64,000 nt of DNA from Octopus vulgaris. Taxonomy: Eukaryota. The notes below the pieces were generated by a model that saw nothing but the letters and a program-made list of their open reading frames with translations, had not been told where the DNA came from and searched no databases. Both the position numbers and the translations under genes were made by a program. Below are positions 28,071 through 40,682 of this stretch, one piece after another. Within the stretch, counting starts at the first letter, position 1. Every line of letters starts with the position of its first letter. The stretch spans positions 4,836,001-4,900,000 of the forward strand of contig OX597822.1 of NCBI GenBank assembly GCA_951406725.2. Direction: 5' to 3'.

Positions 28071-30149
28071 TATATATATATAGGGAATATATATATATAA
28101 GGAATAATAAGGACTGTATGTATGTATGTATGTATGTATGTATGTACGTACGTGTGTATGTATGATGTATGTATGTATGTATGTATGTATGTACGTATGT
28201 ATATATGCCATTATTCAGTTTTATTTCAAGATTTCTTGCCAATAAAGAACCAATTTCTAACCTAGATCCAAGGCTCCATTGGAATTTCAACATCAACAGC
28301 AATGTATTTTTGTATGTACGTATGTATGTATGCATGCATGTATGTATATGTGTAGATTGGTATGTTTTGTTTCACGCATGTCTTCTCATGCATATACACT
28401 TTAATGATGAACTTCTGTAAAGTTTTACAGACTTCTACAGTTCCAGCTTTCTCCCTTTTGGTTTTGAGAAGCCTAATTTCTTAAGATTGGTATTTAAGTA
28501 AGTATGCATGTACGTATGTACGTATGTCTCAACTCTCAGTACTGAGCCCTCCTTCAGCATCGAATGATTCATTGCTATTTTTAAACTTAGATCACACACA
28601 CACACACACACACACAAACATACAAACACAATACTGTTGTTAAAAACGTAGTTGTTTGAAAGATAAGAATATTTTAACAATGAAATAAACAGAAATGTCA
28701 TAAGTCTATGAAAACTAAAATATTTTCGATACTGAAAACGGATATATTATCAAATTTTAATGTAAATGCAAAGATAACTTTTCTTCACAAATCAACAAAC
28801 ATGCATTTATATAAGCACACAAACACAAGTTTATGCATTTATGGTGTGCATGTGTATTTGTACGTGTGCATGATTTTGTGTTATAAGATGAGGGTGGTGA
28901 TTTGCAAATATTTTATTTGCTTTTAAGAAATTAGTAGCTCTGGGAGTATTCCAAACATTCATTTTCTTTTAATTAAGCAGAAGGTCAATTTATTTGGGTG
29001 GTAAAGGTTTAGTTTTGCAGGCAACCCACAGTATATTACTGTTACTTATTACTTATTTGATTGATACTGCAGGGATAAGCATTAAAATCGATTTTATCAA
29101 AGCTGAGGTTTGCTTTATCATTTATCTCTTTAAAGTCTATGTCTCTAAATCTTGAATTTTGTGTGTTTCAATAATCTACAGAATTCTTTTCTGGCACATT
29201 TTAGTAGGTTAGTGTAAGTTATATTTCACTTGATAAAAGCTTGTTACTATATATCATCTTGTATCTAGTTTACTAGTAATATTTTGTAATCTTTTATAAG
29301 TGTTCACTTCATTTTGTATATATTTTTTTCCCTCCCTACTCTAAGATGGAATTATAGCAAGATCATACGAAAACTGCAAATTAGAAAATTTGTAGTTTCC
29401 TATAATCTTGCTATAATTTCTCAAATGATCATATTCTGTAATATATGACTTTGATCTTAGATAGTAAGCATTTGTCCGTCTTATGTTATCAGCAGAGTAA
29501 TCATTAATCTGTCATCTTGCAAGAATAACACTCCTTCATCACTCGATTTGCTAATTGGTTTCTGTGATAGTTCTTCTTCTGAGATCTGAAATCAGTCAGT
29601 AACTGGTTTATAAGCTAATATATACAAATCAACTAAAAGGTTCTGAACTTCACAGAATCTTTATCTCCTATACCTATAAAGTATAATGACAAATATTTAT
29701 TTATTTCTCCAGTGCACTGATGTGATAAAGTTAATTTCTTGACCATCAATGATCAGAAATATCCCTCCATGGGTGATGACCCCAGTTGCTGTCAGTGAGT
29801 AGGGAATAGGAATTGTGAGAAGAAGAAGTTTTCAAGGGCTTTAGTGGAATATAGACTATAATAAATACTATTTTAACCCAGGTTGCAAATTTCAGTAACA
29901 AAGAAGCTTACCAACAACACTATGGCACTCTCCACATAAGAACATACTTCAATTTATGTAATGTTTTTATTGAATTCAAGGTAATGATGGAAAGCATAGC
30001 CCAAAGGGAATAGAATGCAGTTGATAGAACTAAGAAAAGGAAGGAACTTGTACTTTAGATTAATTAATATTTACAATTTATGCACCATTTCACAGTAATT
30101 GGTTGTAGGATGCAATTACTAACCACTGTACACTATTCTTTTATTCTTA

Positions 30150-30545
30150 TAATTGTTTCAATCATTTGACTGCAGCCATGCTGGAGCAGCACCTTGAAAG
30201 TTTTTAGTTGAAGAAATTGACCTCAGGACTTATTCTTTGAAAGCCTAGTACTTATTCTATCAATATCTTTTACTGAACTGTTAAGTTACAGGGACATAAA
30301 CACACCAGCATCGGTGAGCAAGTGATGGCAGGGGGACAAACACACATAAATACTCTCTCTCTCTCTCTCTCACACACACACATACACACATAATGGACTT
30401 TTTTCAGTTTCCATCTGCCAAATCCACTCACAAGGCTTTGGTTGGGCTGAGGCTATAGTAGAAGACACTTGCTCAAGATACCATGCAGTGGGACTGAACC
30501 CAGAACCATGTGGTTGGGAAGCAAGCTTCTTACCACACAGCCACA
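30150..30545 (-). mobile_element. tRNA-derived SINE, family A
   Basis: Reverse-complement match to 7005-7413. Confidence 0.8.
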
Positions 30546-31077
30546 CATACACCTATGTCTATATTTTCACCTGAACTTTCTATATACATATAAGTGGAAG
30601 TAGTTTAAGAGCAAACATTATCTGCGCTGTTTATTAATGCAGAAAGATTGTTATATATGAAGAAGGGCTTTGATAGTGGTTCTACTTAAAATAGACAAAT
30701 CTGTTTTGGTTGCTGATCAGTAATCCTAATTTTCAAGGATTTCAAGCCTCAGCTACAGTTAATGCTGCCACTGTGTTGGGAGGAATATGTGTATTTTGTA
30801 TTGTTCTGGAGAAAACTAAAATAATAATAAATAAATATCCACCCTATTTCATCCAGGTCTAAACAGTGACGTTGTTTTAGTTGACAATGAATTTTGTATT
30901 TACTGCCAAGTAATACAGTTTCTCCGTATTGCATGGCTTGGCAATTCAGCATAATAACTAGGCATGTTATACCCATGGAAATAAAAATAGTAGAAGTGTA
31001 ATATAGTATGGTATGGGACATGTTGCAAACACTGATTGATAGAAGTAAGTAGCGGGACAGGTGGTAGACATAGTGGG

Positions 31078-31113
<36 letters not shown>

Positions 31114-32261
31114 GAGAGACAGTGCTTTAATGAGGTAGATAAGAAGATAAAAAGTCAGCATATTAGAAATACATGTCAGTGGTGGTCTAAAGAGATACGT
31201 AAGGCAATCTGAGAGTTGATAAGAAGATAGGCTGAAAGGTAGAAATGTATGTAGAAAGTGGTGTATATTAAGGTAGATAAGAGAGACATAGAAAACATTC
31301 TTGCATACAGATGCACAAGTACATTGATACAGGGATGTATATAAGATGGACAGAGAAAAGACACGAGATTTATATAGAGAAAGATGAAAAAGGCAGCTGC
31401 AAAGAGAAGCTATACAATAATAATGAAAGTGTGATAAAGAGGAAGGAGAGAGAGAGAGATTTCAAAATTGCTGTTTCTAAAAGGAATTACTTCTCTTTTA
31501 TTCTGCTTTTTGAAGCTGAAGATTTTGATTCACACCAAACTGAGTGAATAACCACAATAAAAGGAAGCAAAAACTGTTTCTAATCTATGACCACATCGAT
31601 GAAATATTCCTGTAGATCTGTTGATATTCACATATAGACTGAATTATTCATTATTCTTTTGCCATGATTGTGAAGAAAGAAAGTGAAAGAGAAACAAGAA
31701 GAAATCAGAGGAAGTGAGAGAGAGAGAATAATAGATGAAAAGAGAACGACGGAAATTAAAAGAAAAAAAACGAAACTGAGTGATAGAAAGTATAGTAAAT
31801 GAGAAAATGAATGAGAGAGAAGAAAGAATGAAAGAGAAGAATGAAGGAAATGACGAGAAGAGAAATTAAAGTAAAATAAATGAATCAATGAAAATAAAAT
31901 GTGAAAGGAAAGAACAAAACAGTTCATAGAATTAATATAACTTTCAAAAGCAACAACAATAAATTAATTCAGAAATTTTCCGAAACATTGAGAATTTTTA
32001 AATGGGAAAAACATATAAAATGAATACATCTATAGAAGTATGTGGGTGTATCTATTCATACTTGGATATATATATATATATATATATACATACACACATT
32101 TTAAATCATTCATATATGCATGTGCACACGTGGGTGTGCAAGAATATGTGCATATATATATGTATGCATGTATGTATGTATGTATATATATATATATATA
32201 TGTATGCATGTATGTATGTATGTATATATATATATATATATATATAATATATGTATGCATG

Positions 32262-32307
<46 letters not shown>

Positions 32308-33227
32308 TATATATATATATATGCATGTGTGTATGTATGCATGTATATATATATATCATCATCATCATCACCATCATTTAACATCCATTTTCCATGCTGA
32401 TGTAAACTGGCCAGTTGGACAGGTTCTGGTGTGCTTCAGGGATGAGCTGAGTTCGGTGTCAGATTTGGCTCAGTTTCTAAGGCTGGATGCTCTTCTTAAT
32501 GCTAAAAACTTTACAGTGTGTACTGGATGTTTTCATCCTGCTGCTGGTACTAGTGAGGTTACCAAGTAACTTGGAAAACAGGAAAAAACACAAGGGAAAA
32601 GATTCTACTGAGTGGTGGGAGTACCTGAGAGGAAGAGGTGGGTTCGTGCCAAGTACTGAAAGGCTAAGGTACGATAGAGGGACAAGCATAGGTGTCTTGC
32701 AATAAAGGAAGTACATGTCTACTCCTCATAACATAAGGGTGGGTGGAAGTAGATGGAAGGGGATAAAGATGGTAGTGATGGGGTGTGAGAGCAAACTCTC
32801 AAGGTACAAGAAGGTGTGCATGAGATGATACAGACAAGGGATCAGAGGGAGGTGGTAGTTACATAAGAGAAGGGAGAGTAACAGATGGTTAGAGATAAGG
32901 GTAGAGATGATATTTCCATCAACTACAACACCACCACCACCACCACCACCACCACTTCCACCACCACCACCTCCACCACCACCACTATTGTTCATCACTA
33001 GAGTTGAGGTGTGGTTTATGGGAAATATCAGTATGGAGAGCGAATGAGGTGAGCACAATAGAAGTGGCTCAGGAAGGAGGACAGATCAGAAAGGAGATGG
33101 ATGATGTGCAATGTGTAGGAGCAATGGGGAGGGGATTCATATTATTTATTTATTTATTTATTTATCTAGTTTCAGCTCACTAGCTGTGGCCATGCTGGGG
33201 CACCGCCATTTGAAAAAGTAGGCTTTC

Positions 33228-33298
33228 CTATTCGCGTGGAACTCGAGCCAACATCCTTTTGTTAACGCAACTAAGTGTGTTACCATTACACCAGCGAA
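33228..33298 (-). pseudogene. tRNA-like pseudogene or SINE head
   Basis: Minus strand has an A box TGGTGTAATGG and a B-box-like GGCTCGAGTTCC at tRNA spacing; stems are imperfect. Confidence 0.45.
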
Positions 33299-33630
33299 TT
33301 AGCACACACACACACACACACATGATAGGCTTCTTTCAGTTTCCATCAACCAAATCTACTCATAGGGCATAGGCCAACATGGGGCTTTAAGAGAAGACAC
33401 TCAACCAAGACGTTAATCAGTGTGGCGGAACCTGAAACTTGTTAACTACACAGCAACAACTGTACCTATATGATGATGATGATGGTGATGATGATGATGA
33501 TGATGGTGATGATACATGCACCTATATATATATAGGTGTATGTATCATCTATGTATATCGACTATGTATATACATGTATGTATTTCACACACATGTTTAT
33601 ACATAGACGTGTGTGCGTGTGTGTGCGCGC

Positions 33631-33663
<33 letters not shown>

Positions 33664-33682
33664 TATACACATATATATAACA

Positions 33683-33911
33683 AGGCGGTGAGCTGGCAGA
33701 AACGTTAGCACGCCGGGCGAAATGCGTGGCCGTATTTCGTCTGCCATTACGTTCTGAGTTCAAATTCCGCCGAGGTCGACTTTGCCTTTCATCCTTTCGG
33801 GGTCGATAAATTAAGTACCAGTTGCGCACTGGGGTCGATGTAATCGACTTAATCCCATTGTCTGTCCTTGTTTGTCCTCTCTGTGTTTAGCCCCTTGTGG
33901 GTAGTAAAGAA
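33683..33911 (+). mobile_element. tRNA-derived SINE, family B, young CpG-rich copy
   Basis: GGCGGTGAGCTGGCAGAA head, B box GAGTTCAAATTCC, central GCCTTTCATCCTTTCGGGGTCGATAAA domain. Other copies near 10645, 22190, 53630 and 53980. Confidence 0.8.
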
Positions 33912-34414
33912 ATACACACACACACACACACACAAAAACACATATATACATAATATACAAATCATCATCATCCTCATGTTAGTGTCCACTTTCCCATGCT
34001 TGCACAAGTCAGACAAAATTTTTTGAGGCAGATTTTCTCTCTGGATACCGATCATGTTGCCAATATATTTCTACAGAATACTGGAAATGAATGACACTGC
34101 TTGTATGACAGTGACACTCATTTACAACCGTCACAAAATATCTAAAACAAGGAGGCTCTCTCTTACACACATACACACGATAGGTTTCTTTCAGTTTCTC
34201 TCTACAAAGTTTCAGTCAGCCTGAAGTTATATCGTAAAATAGTGAACTATCTTCATTTTGATAATTCTAAATTTTTTATGAAATCACATAAAATCTGTAA
34301 CATACAAGATATCTGAATGCTAAATTCATCAGGTGAAGGATCTTGAAATCTTAACCAAGCTTAAATGACAGCTACAAGCATTTACATACAATCATGTCTG
34401 TCTATATATATATA

Positions 34415-34472
<58 letters not shown>

Positions 34473-34479
34473 TATATAT

Positions 34480-34718
34480 CATCATCATCATCATTTAGCG
34501 TCCGTTTTCCATGCTAGCATGGGTTGGACGGTTCTACTGGGGTCTGTGAAGCCGGAAGGCTTCATCAGGCCCAGTCAGATTTGGCAGTGTTTCTACGGCT
34601 GGATGCCCTTCCTAACGCCAACCACTCCGCAAGTGTAGTGGGTGTTTTTTACGTGCCACCTGCACAGGTGCCAGACAGAGGTGGCACAACGGCCACGAAC
34701 GGATGGTGCTTTTACGTG

Positions 34719-34721
<3 letters not shown>
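34480..34721 (-). mobile_element. RTE-derived 3' end fragment with (ATG)n tail
   Basis: Same sequence family as 4784-5100, 45700-45885 and 48218-48385. Confidence 0.75.
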
Positions 34722-34788
<67 letters not shown>

Positions 34789-34842
34789 GTATATATATAT
34801 ATGTATAGATAAGAAAGTTTGTTTGGTAAAGCACGTGGGTGA

Positions 34843-37465
34843 ATATATAAGAAAATAGTAAAGTGTGAAAAAACGACAGAAGGCTTAAATGTTAAAAGAT
34901 ATATATATTTGTGTCAAAATGTCTGGAGAATATTGGAAAAATTTTTTTCCCTTTCCTTAAAATGACATAATTTTTAAATTTTTAAAGAAATTACCGGTTT
35001 CGCGTGTAGCTTTTCAAATTTCTTGTGACGTTATGTTTATATTGCATGGATTTATCGTTGTTTTTATTTCCAGGAGATTTCTAAATAAGGGGAGGTAGTG
35101 AGTGATTTTTTTCCGGTGTAGGGGAGATAATCGCTTAAAAAATTTTTTTCCCATTTCCTTGTTAATTTCTCTGTGTCATCAGTATGTTCGGATGGTTGAG
35201 TCTGGGTTTGTACTTTTCAATGAAGAATGTTTCCTTGTTCAGTCTCATTTGTGTTGATGATCCGAAAGCACATTGGTAAAATGGGAAGATTAAAAATTGT
35301 GGCAGTAGTTGCTTTGCGCATTTCTCAATGTGCTCACTAAAAGGTATCATTCTATATTCTGGGAATGCAATCTGTTGTCGATGCAGTGTGCATCTGCGCC
35401 TGAGTGATAGTCCCGTGGAACCCACGTAGTCTTGGTGGCAGCCCGAGCATTTAATAACATAAATTATGTTTTCAGAGGCACAAGTAAAGTTAGATTTGAT
35501 CTTAAATTTCTGTCCTTCTTTAAAGAAGAATTCTGATCCTTCCAATAGGTTAGGACATGTTGCACAGTTCGATCTACCACATTTTTTTACTTTTGCATCC
35601 GTAATTTTAGAAGACAATTTTGCCTTTGTGAGAATCTTTTAAGTGATTTAGGCTGTTTGTAGCTTTTAATGATTTGGTGTATGTTTAGAATTTCCCTTAA
35701 TTTTGGGTTTTTATGAAGTATTGGTAAATTCTGGGTGATGATGGTGAAGGCTTCTTTGTTTCTGGGGTTGTATGTAGATATGTAAGGTAGTATTTTCGGG
35801 GAAGGTGTGTTGTTGTGTTGAACTTTTCTTAAAGTTTCTATGTTGATTTCTGTTGCACGTCTGATCCCATCCTCTATGAGTTGAGCTGGGTAATGTCTGT
35901 CAATTAGGGTGTTTTTGAGTTCTTGCAGTCTAAAGTTCCTGGTATTTTGTTCTGACACTATTGTGCATATCCTTCTTGCAAGGTTGAAGGGTATGTTTGT
36001 TTTAGTGTGTCTTGGGTGGCATGAATTAAAAAGAAGGTATTGTTTGGCGTCTGTGGCTTTGTAAAAAATGTCTGTTTCTATTTTAAGGTTAATTTTTTTA
36101 ATTAGTATATCCAAGAACGGGAGCTCCTTTTGGTTGTATTCCATTGTGAACTGTATATTTGGGTTTATGCTGTTCAATAGGTTTTTAAATTTTAGGAGTT
36201 TATCTATGTTTTCATTCCAGAGAATGAAACAATCGTCTAGGAATCGTTTCCAATTCTCTTTTATGTATTGAGAGAGGAGTTTCCAAAGATTGATAGAGAT
36301 TCCTGGTAAATGATTATTTCCATGTATCCCATTGTTAAGTTCGCAATGACTGGTGCTGCCCTTGTACCCATAGCAATTCCGGATTTTTGACGGTAAAATG
36401 TATTGTCAAACATGAAGTGGTTATTGTGTAGGATGAATTCAATTGATTTAGTAATGAATTCCTTACTGATCCTTTTTGGTATTTCTTCCGGAAATTGGTC
36501 TAACCAGAATTGTATTGCCTCCAGTCCATAATTATGAGGTATACTGGTATACAAGTTGACTACATCAAATGAAACCAGGATTGTTTCTTCCTTGGTTTTT
36601 TTTGGAAGGTGGTTTAACATATCTAAGTCATCTCTGATATGGCTATCGATATGTTTAAGGAAGGGTTTCAAGAGGATGTCCATAAGTAGACTTAGTCTGT
36701 GTGTTTCACAGGTTGGGCCAGCTACAATGGGTCGTAGTTTTAGGTCCCCCGGATTAGGTGTGTGTATGTATGTCTTTGGTGATTTTTTAATGGTTTCATT
36801 TATAATTTGACTTTTATGAATTTTTGGCAGACCATAGAAAAGGCTAGGTTTGCATTTAAAGTTTGTTAGGAAATCAATCTCTTTGGTTGTCAGTTCCTTT
36901 TCATGGGTTTTAATTAGTGAAGATAGAGTTTTCATTATTTTTTGTGGGGTGTAGTTGGTAATTTTTTCATAATGTAGGTCTTCATCAAGCAAGGAAATTA
37001 CAAGATTTCTGTAGTATGATGTATCCATTATTACAACTGCATTTCCCTTGTCCGCTTCCTTAATGGTTATATCTTCATCATTTTGGAGTTCTATCAGTTC
37101 TTTCCATTGTGTATTGTTAAAATTTGGGTTAGCTTTCTGTTTATGTATAGTATGGTAGGGGAAGTTCTCAATGTGGTTACAGAATTCGTCAAGATCTTTA
37201 TTTCTTCCTCTGTGTGGGATGTGTTCACTTTTGTTCTTGACAAGTGATTCATCTTCAGTATTGAAACTGTTTGATGCTTCTGCTAGTCTTAATTTTCTGC
37301 AAAATTCTGTTATATTATCCTTGAGTTCATTTAGGTTTGCTCTGCGTGGAGTTGGTGTAAATTTGAGCCCTTTTGCGAGGATGTCAATTTTTATGTTAGA
37401 AAGAGGTTTGGTTGAAAGATTGATTATCTTCGGTTTTTCCTTATTACTAGGTTCCAGCCTGGGTT
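34843..37465 (-). mobile_element. Penelope-like retroelement (Neptune type), left and longer copy: N-terminal domain, RT, thumb, Cys linker, GIY-YIG
   Basis: Motifs IINLS..LAKGLKFTPTP, FYGLPKIHK, LRPIVA, LVSFDVVNLYTSIPH, QKSGIAMGT, RFLDD, CGRSNCATC, IIYVIKCSGCHQDYVGST. ORF ~37465 to 35162 with two 1-nt frameshifts. Confidence 0.95.
34985..35024 (-). ncRNA. Minimal type I hammerhead ribozyme (U3-A8 variant), left PLE copy
   Basis: Exact reverse complement of 39572-39611. Confidence 0.8.
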
Positions 37466-39753
37466 CTAACCCAAATTTTAACAATACACAATGGAAAGAA
37501 CTGATAGAACTCCAAAATGATGAAGATATAACCATTAAGGAAGCGGACAAGGGAAATGCAGTTGTAATAATGGATACATCATACTACAGAAATCTTGTAA
37601 TTTCCTTGCTTGATGAAGACCTACATTATGAAAAAATTACCAACTACACCCCACAAAAAATAATGAAAACTCTATCTTCACTAATTAAAACCCATGAAAA
37701 GGAACTGACAACCAAAGAGATTGATTTCCTAACAAACTTTAAATGCAAACCTAGCCTTTTCTATGGTCTGCCAAAAATTCATAAAAGTCAAATTATAAAT
37801 GAAACCATTAAAAAATCACCAAAGACATACATACACACACCTAATCCGGGGGACCTAAAACTACGACCCATTGTAGCTGGCCCAACCTGTGAAACACACA
37901 GACTAAGTCTACTTATGGACATCCTCTTGAAACCCTTCCTTAAACATATCGATAGCCATATCAGAGATGACTTAGATATGTTAAACCACCTTCCAAAAAA
38001 AACCAAGGAAGAAACAATCCTGGTTTCATTTGATGTAGTCAACTTGTATACCAGTATACCTCATAATTATGGACTGGAGGCAATACAATTCTGGTTAGAC
38101 CAATTTCCGGAAGAAATACCAAAAGGATCAGTAAGGAATTCATTACTAAATCAATTGAATTCATCCTACACAATAACCACTTCATGTTTGACAATACATT
38201 TTACCGTCAAAAATCCGGAATTGCTATGGGTACAAGGGCAGCACCAGTCATTGCGAACTTAACAATGGGATACATGGAAATAATCATTTACCAGGAATCT
38301 CTATCAATCTTTGGAAACTCCCTCTCTCAATACATAAAAGAGAATTGGAAACGATTCCTAGACGATTGTTTCATTCTCTGGAATGAAAACATAGATAAAC
38401 TCCTAAAATTTAAAAACCTATTGAACAGCATAAACCCAAATATACAGTTCACAATGGAATACAACCAAAAGGAGCTCCCGTTCTTGGATATACTAATTAA
38501 AAAAATTAACCTTAAAATAGAAACAGACATTTTTTACAAAGCCACAGACGCCAAACAATACCTTCTTTTAATTCATGCCACCCAAGACACACTAAAACAA
38601 ACATACCCTTCAACCTTGCAAGAAGGATATGCACAATAGTGTCAGAACAAAATACCAGGAACTTTAGACTGCAAGAACTCAAAAACACCCTAATTGACAG
38701 ACATTACCCAGCTCAACTCATAGAGGATGGGATCAGACGTGCAACAGAAATCAACATAGAAACTTTAAGAAAAGTTCAACACAACAACACACCTTCCCCG
38801 AAAATACTACCTTACATATCTACATACAACCCCAGAAACAAAGAAGCCTTCACCATCATCACCCAGAATTTACCAATACTTCATAAAAACCCAAAATTAA
38901 GGGAAATTCTAAACATACACCAAATCATTAAAAGCTACAAACAGCCTAAATCACTTAAAAAGATTCTCACAAAGGCAAAATTGTCTTCTAAAATTACGGA
39001 TGCAAAAGTAAAAAATGTGGTAGATCGAACTGTGCAACATGTCCTAACCTATTGGAAGGATCAGAATTCTTCTTTAAAGAAGGACAGAAATTTAAGATCA
39101 AATCTAACTTTACTTGTGCCTCTGAAAACATAATTTATGTTATTAAATGCTCGGGCTGCCACCAAGACTACGTGGGTTCCACGGGACTATCACTCAGGCG
39201 CAGATGCACACTGCATCGACAACAGATTGCATTCCCAGAATATAGAATGATACCTTTTAGTGAGCACATTGAGAAATGCGCAAAGCAACTACTGCCACAA
39301 TTTTTAATCTTCCCATTTTACCAATGTGCTTTCGGATCATCAACACAAATGAGACTGAACAAGGAAACATTCTTCATTGAAAAGTACAAACCCAGACTCA
39401 ACCATCCGAACATACTGATGACACAGAGAAATTAACAAGGAAATGGGAAAAAAATTTTTTAAGCGATTATCTCCCCTACACCGGAAAAAATCACTCACTA
39501 CCTCCCCTTATTTAGAAATCTCCTGGAAATAAAAACAACGATAAATCCATGCAATATAAACATAACGTCACAAGAAATTTGAAAAGCTACACGCGAAACC
39601 GGTAATTTCTTTAAAAATTTAAAAATTATGTCATTTTAAGGAAAGGGAAAAAAATTTTTCCAATATTCTCCAGACATTTTGACACAAATATATATATCTT
39701 TTAACATTTAAGCCTTCTGTCGTTTTTTCACACTTTACTATTTTCTTATATAT
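37466..39753 (+). mobile_element. Penelope-like retroelement (Neptune type), right copy; inverted duplicate of 34843-37132
   Basis: ORF pieces 37171-38262, 38184-38639, 38639-39133 and 39052-39435 reproduce the left-copy protein, with three 1-nt frameshifts. Ends in (TA)n. Confidence 0.95.
39572..39611 (+). ncRNA. Minimal type I hammerhead ribozyme (U3-A8 variant), right PLE copy
   Basis: AAGAAAT-TTGAAAA-GC(TACAC)GC-GAAA-CCGG-TA-ATTTCTT: perfect 7 bp stem I, 2 bp stem II, palindromic stem III (ACCGGT). Predicted cleavage after 39604. Confidence 0.8.
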
Positions 39754-39770
39754 ATGTATATATATATATG

Positions 39771-39849
<79 letters not shown>

Positions 39850-40022
39850 TTCAACTCCATTCTTTCATTTATTTGTATAAAAAAAAACACACAAATTTCC
39901 ACATGAAAGCACGTGATCTCTGCCCTTGGCATGTAGCTTCAACCGTGTTATTCTGACGTGAATTTGCTACCCAGGTATCGATTAACCGAATTATCCATAC
40001 TAAGATAATTCATTCAACTACT

Positions 40023-40091
<69 letters not shown>

Positions 40092-40636
40092 ATTTATATA
40101 TATATGATATATACTAGCTTAAAAGCCACACTCTCTGTGGACTTTGAAGCAGAGGTCTAATTGGGCCCGCAGCCCCAAACTGAAGAGAGCTAAATTGCAT
40201 GACTATAGTATGTCTATAATGACTATGTGCCCCAGTGGTGTTTGATCAGAGGTTAAGGAAGGATGAGAATTAATTCTGTAATGCAATCATTCTACTGTTC
40301 CAATCCCAAGTTGAATTCCAACTATTGGCCAATTTGTCTCAAAGTTCATATCTCGACGTAAAATTAATGAAGCAGATGTCATTTATCTCCCCCTTGATTT
40401 CTGACATCATCTGATAAATACTAATCAAGATGGTGTGAATCAGTCAAGGTTTACCTGCTAGAAATAGCAACCCAAATGTTTTTAAATCAGATCCCAATGC
40501 TGGATGTTTGAGAACTAAATGAAGGGCAGATTTTCAATCCCAGAATCATCCTGATTCCAAAACAGTATTATATGTCTATGTAGAGCAAATGTAGTCAGAG
40601 ATACAGGGGTTCCAGACGGACTGACAGAATTTTGCT

Positions 40637-40682
<46 letters not shown>

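Noticed and set aside
37171-37550. Apparent novel N-termini of the 363 aa and 429 aa ORFs
   Set aside because: Antisense read-through across the inversion junction, not real protein sequence.
39415-39431. CTGATGA-CACAGA-GAAA hammerhead-like boxes at the end of the PLE ORF
   Set aside because: No stem II, stem III or stem I pairing; lies within coding sequence.
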